This document shows positions 1-7,354 of a stretch of DNA of 63,218 nt, one piece after another. The stretch's first letter is position 1, and the number at the start of each line of letters is the position of its first letter. The DNA lies in the NCBI GenBank assembly GCA_009694725.1, contig SICV01000001.1:1-63218 (forward strand), read 5' to 3'. Made by a program: the position numbers and the translations under genes. The notes under the pieces were generated by a model. The model saw only the letters and a program-made list of their open reading frames with translations. It did no database searches and was not told the DNA's origin. This DNA is from Candidatus Pacearchaeota archaeon. GTDB taxonomy: Archaea; Nanobdellota; Nanobdellia; Pacearchaeales; GW2011-AR1.

Positions 1-228
1 AATATCTTCTTTGTCCGCTTTATCAAAATCAATTTTTAACATCCTGTTAAACTTAACAACGTCTTGTAAATACCTGTTAGTTTTTGGCATTCCTATGCCT
101 TCAAGGTTCAATTGAGAAATAAATTTATGAATTAATTTTCTATTATTTTCTGAAATCTCAGGTAATGTATTTATTCGCTGTATTGTTTTTTGCAACATTC
201 CCTCGTAGTTGTGAATATTATTTTTCAT
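1..228 (-). CDS. Tyrosine recombinase/integrase, N-terminal part only (gene runs off the left edge)
   Basis: Not in the ORF track because there is no stop in the window. The reverse-strand ATG at 226-228 gives MKNNIHNYEGMLQKTIQRINTLPEISENNRKLIHKFISQLNLEGIGMPKTNRYLQDVVKFNRMLKIDFDKADKEDI. This fits the N-terminal core-binding pattern of archaeal phage-type integrases (ISExNxxLIxxF ... YL ... K/E-EDI). A TATA-like ggtatataagc lies about 24 nt upstream. The catalytic domain is outside the window. Confidence 0.45.
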   Translation of the reverse strand, partial: MKNNIHNYEGMLQKTIQRINTLPEISENNRKLIHKFISQLNLEGIGMPKTNRYLQDVVKFNRMLKIDFDKADKEDI

Positions 229-289
229 AGCTTCTCGTGTCGTGGTCAGCTTATATACCACGATTACAGAGCTCTAAACAAATTGGGGA

Positions 290-374
290 CGCCCGGACCA
301 GGATTTGAACCTGGGAATCGCTTGCGCGAAACGGAGTTAGCAACCCCGCGCCGTAACCGCTGGGCCATCCGGGC
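290..374 (-). tRNA. tRNA-Ser (anticodon GCU), no intron, CCA not encoded
   Basis: The reverse complement folds by hand into a cloverleaf. Acceptor GCCCGGA/TCCGGGC. Anticodon stem CGGGG/CTCCG with loop TTGCTAA. Long variable arm TTTCGCGCAAGCGATTC. T-arm CCAGG-TTCAAAT-CCTGG. Discriminator G. Confidence 0.9.
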
Positions 375-522
375 ATTACCTGAAAGATAAAAGGAGTGTT
401 ATAAAGGTTGTTGTGTGTTGTGAGCATGGAGTAGAGTAATGGAATACTCCTAGCACCTGAAGTGCTACTTCTTTACATATTCAAGTGATTAACTTTATAT
501 ATCTTCTTTCTTTGAAGAAACT

Positions 523-942
523 ATGAATTGGGGCGGGCTTTTTGGTATTGTTGTTTTGGTGAGTGTACTCGTGTATGGATGGATTGCGCTCTACCCTTCT
601 CCTGTTGAAGTTGCTCAAGTGATTGCTGGAACTTCTTCCACCCCTTCCTTTATTGCAACGTCTCTCCCTGCTGACTCTCGCTCTTCTTTAGTCATTGTTT
701 CTGTTGAAGCATCTCAATTTACCTATACGCCCAAGGTAGTGCGGGTGAAGTCGGGACAGAATGTCACGATTCAGATTACGAACGTGGATACCGTGCACGG
801 GCTTCGTATTCCTGCCCTTGCTATTTCAGGTACAAAATCCGTGAATTTCATTGCTCCCGCTCCCGGAACGTATGAGTTCTCTTGTCCGACTATGTGTGGC
901 TCGGGCCATCGTGAAATGCAAGGCACACTTGTTGTCGAGTAA
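523..942 (+). CDS. Membrane-anchored cupredoxin-domain protein with a complete CuA-type ligand motif
   Basis: N-terminal TM helix, then a cupredoxin-like beta domain. The C-terminal CPTMCGSGHREM matches C-x3-C-x3-H-x2-M (the cytochrome oxidase subunit II CuA pattern). An upstream His (VHGLRIP) lies 28 residues before the first Cys. Confidence 0.7.
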   Translation: MNWGGLFGIVVLVSVLVYGWIALYPSPVEVAQVIAGTSSTPSFIATSLPADSRSSLVIVSVEASQFTYTPKVVRVKSGQNVTIQITNVDTVHGLRIPALAISGTKSVNFIAPAPGTYEFSCPTMCGSGHREMQGTLVVE

Positions 943-943
943 G

Positions 944-953
944 TTTTAAATAG
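944..953 (+). promoter_or_regulatory. TATA-box-like element (TTTTAAATAG) 21 nt upstream of the ATG at 974
   Basis: The motif recurs with the same spacing upstream of several genes in this window (see findings). The spacing implies a leaderless transcript. Confidence 0.45.
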
Positions 954-973
954 CCCCTCACACTTCTGAAGCT

Positions 974-1321
974 ATGAAACAAGTATATGCCTTGCTTATT
1001 GTTGGTTTGTTAGTACTTTCGGTACTTCCACTTGCATTAGCTGCTGAAAATGAATCTGAGAAATCTCCTCGTGCTGCGAAAACTGAAGCTAAAAAAGCAA
1101 AGGCGCTGTGTATGAAGGAAAGCACCCAAGCACAGAATGCATGTTATGTTGTTGCAAAAGATGCGGTAAAAGTATGTAAGGCTGCTGCGAAAGTAGTTGC
1201 TTCTACTAACAAAACGCTTGGGCGACAGGATACTCAGGTTTGTGCAGTGACGTATAAAACAAGTATCAAGAGTTGTAAAACTTCATTTAAAGAAAGTAAG
1301 CTTGTGTGCAAGCAACGCTAA
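974..1321 (+). CDS. Secreted Lys/Ala/Cys-rich small protein (unknown function)
   Basis: Signal-peptide-like N-terminus (LLVLSVLPLALAAE). The mature part is rich in Lys and has 7 Cys. No family recognised. Confidence 0.5.
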   Translation: MKQVYALLIVGLLVLSVLPLALAAENESEKSPRAAKTEAKKAKALCMKESTQAQNACYVVAKDAVKVCKAAAKVVASTNKTLGRQDTQVCAVTYKTSIKSCKTSFKESKLVCKQR

Positions 1322-1753
1322 ATGCGATTCTTGCGAGCAGTAGCAATTAGTATTCTCGGTTATTATGTGCTTGCCCTTGCACATATCCTGATTGCAACGG
1401 CTTTGCAGTTAGATATTCTTGCTCCTTCGTTGCCCGTTATCTTCTGGGTAGCTGCTACGTTAGTTACTGTTGCCCTCACCTTTGGGTTGATGCATTGGTA
1501 TTTCCGTACACATGAGAAGTATGGGTGGAAGCAAGGGTTGTTGTTTGGGCTCTTTTTTGTTGCAGTGAGTGTTGTATTAGATATAGCCTATGTGTTTGTT
1601 CCAGGAGACTCTGATATCCTCTTCTCTTTATTTGCATCCTATGCTCAGAGTCCCGGCTTTCTCATTCAATGCCTTGCAGTCATTGCTACGGCGGTCTTTG
1701 TCGGGCATGCCCATCAGACACATCGTGGGAAAAAGAAGAGAAAATATGGTTGA
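1322..1753 (+). CDS. Integral membrane protein (about 4 TM), unknown function
   Basis: The start codon follows the preceding stop directly (TAAATG). Hydrophobic segments and a basic tail (HRGKKKRKYG). Confidence 0.5.
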   Translation: MRFLRAVAISILGYYVLALAHILIATALQLDILAPSLPVIFWVAATLVTVALTFGLMHWYFRTHEKYGWKQGLLFGLFFVAVSVVLDIAYVFVPGDSDILFSLFASYAQSPGFLIQCLAVIATAVFVGHAHQTHRGKKKRKYG

Positions 1754-2420
1754 TGCAATCACTTAAGCGTTACTGAGGAGAATAGCGGACAGCATACGTA
1801 TTTTGAATGGGAATAGGGGAATCCCTATGAAGTCTGTACTCACGGAATTAAGTGCTATAAAGGGTGAGATTTTTCAATTAAAGAGTCAAAAGAAGTAACC
1901 CTGTGCCTTGTTTCAGCTGTCTATCTCTATGATGTGAAGATTGACTTCAAGGAATGTGAGAAGGAGTATGTGAATCCTCAAGAAGTGCACAAATCCCGCC
2001 AAGGGCTGAGCGTTGATTATAACGCGTGATTACGCCTTCTCGGTCAGGCGTTTTATACGAAATACTTTTCGGGCAAGGCCGTTGATTGTGTTCTTTTGAA
2101 AGTGGTGCTACAAGTATAAATACTCTGCCTACTCTGTGTACATGTAAGTGTTTGATTTTAACACTTCATATAACCCGTTACGCGGATTAGGGATACAAGT
2201 ATGTGTATCATATGAAGATTACCGATGCCGTTGAGGTGTCAGGTAACATAACGGAAGAGTACGCGATGCCGCAGGGCGGATACGAGGCCTTGTGCCGAAC
2301 CCGAAAGGGTGACGTCTGCTCAAACTACGGCATCGTCGCGTACTTTTATTTTTTCTTATTATTTGTTTATTTATGAATTGGGTAAGTAAAGTATATAACG
2401 AGTGTTGTCCTTCTTCGAAA

Positions 2421-2930
2421 ATGACTACTGAAACAGCCACCTTTGCAATGGGGTGCTTTTGGGGACCGGATGCGTTATTTGGAAAGGTACCTGGAGTCAT
2501 AAGCACGCGCGTGGGCTATACTGGTGGAAAGACGGCCGATCCTTCGTATGATGATGTCTGTACTGATACAACCGGGCATGCGGAAGCAATTGAGATTGTG
2601 TTTGATCCTCTCGTGGTGAGTTATGCGCAATTACTTGATCTCTTTTGGCATAATCATAATCCTACAACCCCTGATCAACAAGGGCCCGATTATGGAAATC
2701 AGTATCGCTCAGCTATTTTCTACCACTCGCCTGCCCAGCAGAAACGTGCTGAACAGACGAAACAGGATATTCAAAAACTTCTCAAGCAACCAATTGTGAC
2801 TGAAATTGTACCTGCACCTCGATTTTGGTCAGCGGAGGAGTATCATCAGCAGTATTTTGCAAAGAAAGGCATTACCCGGAGTTGTCATATTTCTTGGAAG
2901 ACACCGGATGAATTGCGCTTGCGCGAATAA
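2421..2930 (+). CDS. msrA: Peptide-methionine (S)-S-oxide reductase MsrA
   Basis: GCFWG active-site motif, plus GHAEAIEIVFDP and EEYHQQY signature stretches. I chose the start at the internal Met (MTTETATFAMGCFWG); the ORF track begins at 2373. Confidence 0.85.
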   Translation: MTTETATFAMGCFWGPDALFGKVPGVISTRVGYTGGKTADPSYDDVCTDTTGHAEAIEIVFDPLVVSYAQLLDLFWHNHNPTTPDQQGPDYGNQYRSAIFYHSPAQQKRAEQTKQDIQKLLKQPIVTEIVPAPRFWSAEEYHQQYFAKKGITRSCHISWKTPDELRLRE

Positions 2931-3480
2931 TTCTCCGTTGTTGGAGCGATTGTTTATAGGGGGAGAATGAGTTTTCTGCGCAGGAGGTGAGCGTATAGTT
3001 TGCTAGGAGTTGTTTGATGCGTTCTTGGGAAATAAAATCGCGGCGCAAAGTGTGTGTGGTTTGTTCTCTATGATCCCCAGTCGTATAATCTTCAAGGAGT
3101 AACGTTCCTTCGGGATTGAGAAGAGAATGAAGAGATGCAATAAGAGACGTTTGCTCTGCAGGAGTGAGATTATTGAGGAGATAATAACAGACAATTACAT
3201 CAAACGTGCCGAGATCTCCAGGGAGTGCGAGTACATTCGTATGGAGAAAAGTGACTCGGAGATCTTGGATCATTTCTTTCGCTCGCTTAAGTGCCTCTCC
3301 TGAGAAATCAATTGCAAGGACTGCTTGAGGATCTTGAGATAAAATTGCTTTGAGTGTTTTTCCATTTCCGCACCCTAATTCGAGGATGCGTTTGTTCGCG
3401 CAGATTTGTGGAAGGTCGAGCGTTTCTTTTTGCCAGGCTTGTATTGTGTAAAATGTATCCCAGAGTGATTGTTGATTCAC
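2872..3480 (-). CDS. Class I SAM-dependent methyltransferase
   Basis: Motif I ILELGCGNGK, acidic residue in AIDFS, post-I and motif II spacing. The 3' end overlaps the msrA 3' end by 59 nt (convergent). Confidence 0.6.
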   Translation of the reverse strand: MNQQSLWDTFYTIQAWQKETLDLPQICANKRILELGCGNGKTLKAILSQDPQAVLAIDFSGEALKRAKEMIQDLRVTFLHTNVLALPGDLGTFDVIVCYYLLNNLTPAEQTSLIASLHSLLNPEGTLLLEDYTTGDHREQTTHTLRRDFISQERIKQLLANYTLTSCAENSFSPYKQSLQQRRIIRASAIHPVSSKKYDNSG

Positions 3481-3509
3481 TAGATGGAGAAGAGTTGAAG
3501 CTTAAAGAG

Positions 3510-4856
3510 TTACCGTAATGCTGCGACGATTGCATCTAAGCTGTTAGGAACTTTGACCGGTTGATTAGAAAATTGATACTTTCGTTCACCTGCATGATAT
3601 TCAATAAGCGCTTCTGCATCATTTAACAAATGGCCTGTAAAGATACCAACTACTTTATCTGAAGGTCTAATGATTCCTTCTGCGCGTAATTTCTTCATAC
3701 CTACCAGGGTTGCTGCTGAAGCTGGTTCACAGCCATAGCCATTTCGATTCACAACAGCTTGGGCTTCAAGCATTTCATCATCTGTTGCTTCGCTTACCAC
3801 CCCATTTGTCCATTCGAGCATTCGAAGTGCCTTGTAGAAATTAACTGGTTTATTAATTTCAATTGCAGATGCACGCGTATGTGCCTTTGGAGCATTGGCA
3901 AATGCACGATTATAGTCCTCTCGGTTAACCTTCCCCCCATTCCATACGGCCCCTTGTTGAACCAGTTGATAAAACATATTTGCTCCTTGTGCATTGATAA
4001 CCGCGATACGGGGCATCTTAGTCGTGAGGCCAAGTTCATAGAGTTCATGCCAGGCCTTGCCAAATGCAGAACAATTCCCTAAATTGCCCCCTGGAACAAC
4101 TACCCAGTCTGGAACTTCCCAGTCAAGTCCCTCCCAGACTCGGTGCATAATTGTTTTTTGTCCTTCCAGACGAAAAGGATTTACTGAATTCGTGAGATAA
4201 ATGCCTTCCGATTTTGCTACTTCCTGGACTCGAGACATGGCATCGTCGAAATCACCTGCAATTTGGAGCACTTTGGGATTATAGGCGAGCGTTTTTGCAA
4301 GTTTCCCTCGAGCAATTTTACCGTCCCCGATAAATACGGCTGCCCGCATCTGACTCAGTTCATTTGCTGCAAAGGCAGCCACTGATGCAGATGTGTTTCC
4401 GGTTGAAGCACACGCAACATATGTTCTTCCGAGCATTTTTGCGTGTGTAAAGGCGGCTGCCATCCCATTATCTTTGAATGATCCAGTAGGATTATTTCCT
4501 TCAAATTGAAACCAAACGTTCTCAGAAGGGAGGTGAGCATATTCTGCTGCATGTGTTAGATGAATTGGCCAGGTGTTCCCCTCCATGCCATCAAGCGTTA
4601 CAAGATTGTCATCTTTTTTTGCATGTTCAAGATAAAATGGAAGTAAGTGACGAAATCGCCAGACCCCACTTCGATCGTGTACTTTAGTATTATTCATTCT
4701 TCGCAATTGTGCAAGCTCTTTAACCGAAGAGGCATCAATCCCTGTATATTTCACATCAAGTAAACCTGCGCATTCTGTGCATGCGTTTGCATCTGAGTTA
4801 ACACTGTATCGGGAGTCACACTGAGGAAAAATACAATGGAGTTGTGCGTGTACCAT
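3510..4856 (-). CDS. thrC: Threonine synthase (PLP-dependent) with N-terminal Cys-rich zinc-ribbon-like segment
   Basis: PLP-lysine motif NPTGSFKDNG and glycine-rich loop PGGNLGN. The 448-aa length is typical of long archaeal ThrC. Confidence 0.8.
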   Translation of the reverse strand: MVHAQLHCIFPQCDSRYSVNSDANACTECAGLLDVKYTGIDASSVKELAQLRRMNNTKVHDRSGVWRFRHLLPFYLEHAKKDDNLVTLDGMEGNTWPIHLTHAAEYAHLPSENVWFQFEGNNPTGSFKDNGMAAAFTHAKMLGRTYVACASTGNTSASVAAFAANELSQMRAAVFIGDGKIARGKLAKTLAYNPKVLQIAGDFDDAMSRVQEVAKSEGIYLTNSVNPFRLEGQKTIMHRVWEGLDWEVPDWVVVPGGNLGNCSAFGKAWHELYELGLTTKMPRIAVINAQGANMFYQLVQQGAVWNGGKVNREDYNRAFANAPKAHTRASAIEINKPVNFYKALRMLEWTNGVVSEATDDEMLEAQAVVNRNGYGCEPASAATLVGMKKLRAEGIIRPSDKVVGIFTGHLLNDAEALIEYHAGERKYQFSNQPVKVPNSLDAIVAALR

Positions 4857-4895
4857 AGACCGCTGGTCAAAAGAGGCTATAAAAAGCTATGGGTC

Positions 4896-5096
4896 TTATT
4901 TTTTGAGTTTATCGTCGAGTTTTTCTGCTGAAGAGGGTGTGAGTTTGACGCCTAATTTGTATAATTCCTGTGCATGAGCTTGAATCAGAGAGTCTACGAT
5001 ATCGACCATCTTAGCGAGCTCAGTGCGCTCTGCAAGCAAGGTATTGAGTGAGCCTTTATGGAAACCAATTTGTTCGTCTTTTGATATGTCTGCCAT
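4896..5096 (-). CDS. Small helical protein, unknown function
   Basis: ORF only (66 aa). Predicted coiled-coil-like composition. Confidence 0.35.
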   Translation of the reverse strand: MADISKDEQIGFHKGSLNTLLAERTELAKMVDIVDSLIQAHAQELYKLGVKLTPSSAEKLDDKLKK

Positions 5097-5116
5097 GCGA
5101 ATAATTATTTCCTAAG

Positions 5117-5126
5117 CTATATAAGG
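5117..5126 (+). promoter_or_regulatory. TATA-box-like element (CTATATAAGG) 21 nt upstream of the ATG at 5147
   Basis: Position and composition. Confidence 0.4.
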
Positions 5127-5146
5127 GTGTTTCCAGTGTAGTTTGT

Positions 5147-5419
5147 ATGAAGAAGAATACTGATTCTATTTTGTTATACAGTAAGCGTGGGTGTCCGTTT
5201 TGTAACAAATTGAAAGACTTATTGAAAGAGGAGAAGATCACGTATATTGAAATTGATGTGATTGCCGATCCTGCAGGGGCATTGGGGGCAGTTCATCGTG
5301 AAGGGAGAATTCCTGTTCCACAAGTAGAATACAATGGGACGATTATCTTTGAGTATACGACTGAAGAAGCGTTGGTTGAAACGACGAAGCAGTTATTGAA
5401 AAAGAGTCGATTAGACTAA
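5147..5419 (+). CDS. Glutaredoxin/NrdH-like small thioredoxin-fold protein
   Basis: CPFC redox motif near the N-terminus (SKRGCPFCNKLK). 90 aa. A conserved Pro before the beta-strand (RIPVPQV). Confidence 0.7.
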   Translation: MKKNTDSILLYSKRGCPFCNKLKDLLKEEKITYIEIDVIADPAGALGAVHREGRIPVPQVEYNGTIIFEYTTEEALVETTKQLLKKSRLD

Positions 5420-6159
5420 TGACCTACCCGAATCTTGAACATAAACATAGTGAAGAAGCTTTGTTTCATCCTGAAGATTTTTTGAAACATGCTGAAATAC
5501 GAGGGAAATTTCCTTCCAACTATATTATTACCTATCAACGTAAGACATTAGCTTATTTTATTCGAACATACAAGCCTCGAAAACTTAAACTCAATTCTCA
5601 AATTACTTTGTATATACATAAGGGAATAGGATTCATCAAGATGACTGGGATTGGTTCTCCTCATGCAGTCACTGTTATGGAAGAGCTTATTGCTCTCGGC
5701 GGGAAGCACTTTATCAATATTGGAACGTGTGGAGGATTACAAACCTTGGGGACTTATCTCTGTACTGAAGCGATTCGAGATGAAGGGACAAGCTATCATT
5801 ATCTCCCTCATGGGCAACGTGTCTATCCTGATCCCAGTCTTACTCAGCGATTACGTGCTTCTTTAGAAAAAGAAAGCATTTCTTTCAAAGAGGGAGCGAC
5901 GTGGACGATAGACGCCCCGTATCGAGAAACTAAGAAAGAAGTTGCTCATTATCGCTCTCAAGGTGTGGTGAGTGTTGAAATGGAAGCCTCTGCCTTGTTT
6001 GCTCTTGCCCATTATCGCAAAGTCTCGATTGCAGCAGCATTTGTGGTAAGTGATGTACTTGGTGAAACATGGCAACCTCACTTTAAAGCATTTAATATCG
6101 TCAAGGCGCAAAAGCAGCTGGTTGATGCTGCGGTACGTTGCTTGTTAGGTAAGAAGTAA
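5419..6159 (+). CDS. Nucleoside phosphorylase (PNP/UDP family 1)
   Basis: GIGSPHAVTVMEELIALG, INIGTCGG and VEMEASALFALA match the PNP_UDP_1 pattern. The start overlaps the preceding stop (TAATG). Confidence 0.7.
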   Translation: MTYPNLEHKHSEEALFHPEDFLKHAEIRGKFPSNYIITYQRKTLAYFIRTYKPRKLKLNSQITLYIHKGIGFIKMTGIGSPHAVTVMEELIALGGKHFINIGTCGGLQTLGTYLCTEAIRDEGTSYHYLPHGQRVYPDPSLTQRLRASLEKESISFKEGATWTIDAPYRETKKEVAHYRSQGVVSVEMEASALFALAHYRKVSIAAAFVVSDVLGETWQPHFKAFNIVKAQKQLVDAAVRCLLGKK

Positions 6160-6171
6160 TTCCTTTCTTTT

Positions 6172-6202
6172 TTTATTTATTTATTTATTTATTTATTTAT
6201 TT
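6172..6202. repeat. (TTTA)n microsatellite, about 7.7 units
   Basis: Direct reading: an A every 4th base at 6175-6199. Lies between two convergent genes. Confidence 0.95.
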
Positions 6203-6753
6203 CAATGCGGACATTTCAGGTTCTGTATTTTCTTGAGAATGAACTGTGTGCGTTGTGGGACTGTGCCAAAAGGGACGCGCATTAGTTTATAGCCATATTT
6301 ACGATACATTGCGGCGATGAGGGCGTGGATTTTGTTTGCTTCAGTATAGGATTCTTTACGTTTGGGGTCATTGACATAATACTTCTGCGGGAGGGGATCC
6401 ATAATGAATACGGCATCATAGAGAATGTGTTTTCCTTGGATGGCACGGTCATGGAGACCATTGAGATGCCCGAGTTGGGCATAGGCAAATCCATCAAAGA
6501 ATCCGCGGTCGAAGAATACCACTTTTTCTTTTCGAACCAAGCTTTGGGCAAAGTGCTTGACTTCTAAATCCCAGATCGCTTCTTGAAAGACGTTCCCTCC
6601 TGCTTGCTTTGCATCTTTTCCTTTGAACAGTGTATTACGCGCTAAGACAAGACGCGCGGATTCTTTCATCACGGGAAACTTTTTCTTCAGAAGCTTCAGG
6701 ACAGACGTCTTACCCGTTCCGGGACCACCTGTAATCACCACTTGCAACGGCAT
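6202..6753 (-). CDS. Small P-loop ATPase (AAA_28/NadR-like predicted ATPase)
   Basis: Walker A GGPGTGKTS at the N-terminus and Walker B-like VVFFDRG. 183 aa. Confidence 0.55.
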   Translation of the reverse strand: MPLQVVITGGPGTGKTSVLKLLKKKFPVMKESARLVLARNTLFKGKDAKQAGGNVFQEAIWDLEVKHFAQSLVRKEKVVFFDRGFFDGFAYAQLGHLNGLHDRAIQGKHILYDAVFIMDPLPQKYYVNDPKRKESYTEANKIHALIAAMYRKYGYKLMRVPFGTVPQRTQFILKKIQNLKCPH

Positions 6754-6800
6754 AGGTCTTTGATAATGATGAGTTATTTAAAGGTGCGTTTCCTGTAGGT

Positions 6801-7079
6801 ATGATGGTCGCCTTATCACTCCAGAAAATCCAACAACGAATGCAGGACGTAAAAGGATGGGGATTGGAAGGTGGGGGGTTGGAAAAAGAGTGGATGTTTG
6901 AGGATTTTACTGCTGCGAGAGCATTTGTGAATAAAGTTGCCGACTTAGCCACACAACTGAATCATCATCCCACAATTTTTTGGGAATATAATAAAGTGCG
7001 TTTGATTTTGACTACGCATGATGAACGGGGGATTACCGAAAAAGATTTTGTACTTGCTGAGGGGATCGATACACCATGA
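6801..7079 (+). CDS. Pterin-4a-carbinolamine dehydratase (PCD/DCoH family)
   Basis: The FxxAxxFxNxVAxLAxxxNHHP ... LxTH pattern is present (ARAFVNKVADLATQLNHHPTIFWEYNKVRLILTTHD). Confidence 0.8.
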   Translation: MMVALSLQKIQQRMQDVKGWGLEGGGLEKEWMFEDFTAARAFVNKVADLATQLNHHPTIFWEYNKVRLILTTHDERGITEKDFVLAEGIDTP

Positions 7080-7330
7080 TACTCGATTTTGTAGTTGTGC
7101 TTATAGCGATTCCGGTGGGATATCTTCTTGCCTGGTTAGCTCGGGAAGAGTTGGTGCCCGGACGCGTGTGGTTCCAGCGGCTTGCGGTAATTTCGCTTGT
7201 ACTGGGCATGGGGCTCTGGGCGTATGGGATGCCTACCGGATTGATTCTAGGCCTGTTCCTAGCCATTCTGGCGTTTATCGCCTATTGTCAGAGCTTTAAC
7301 AGACGATTGACCACCAAACAGAAGATATAA
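7076..7330 (+). CDS. Small membrane protein (3 TM), unknown
   Basis: ATGA overlap with the preceding gene. Hydrophobic profile. Confidence 0.45.
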   Translation: MILDFVVVLIAIPVGYLLAWLAREELVPGRVWFQRLAVISLVLGMGLWAYGMPTGLILGLFLAILAFIAYCQSFNRRLTTKQKI

Positions 7331-7354
7331 AAGAGATTGTGTGGAAGAGAAGGA

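Noticed and set aside
190-390. Track ORF of 66 aa on the + strand
   Set aside because: It runs straight across tRNA-Ser(GCU) on the opposite strand (290-374) and across the integrase promoter. It has no coding features.
1827-2030. Tiny ORFs (23 aa MKSVLTELSAIKGEIFQLKSQKK and a GTG-initiated 42-aa frame) in the msrA upstream gap, considered as gene remnants
   Set aside because: They are too short, have no recognisable homology by eye and have no promoter at the proper spacing. They cannot be supported from sequence alone.
2219-2345. Labelling the structured region as SRP RNA, because GTCAGGT...CGGAAG resembles the helix 8 motif
   Set aside because: The GGAA would not be closed by a proper stem, the AGCAGC-type conserved bases are absent, and the element is too short. 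It is kept only as an unclassified RNA candidate. The minus-strand ORF at 2219-2506 is also rejected as spurious.
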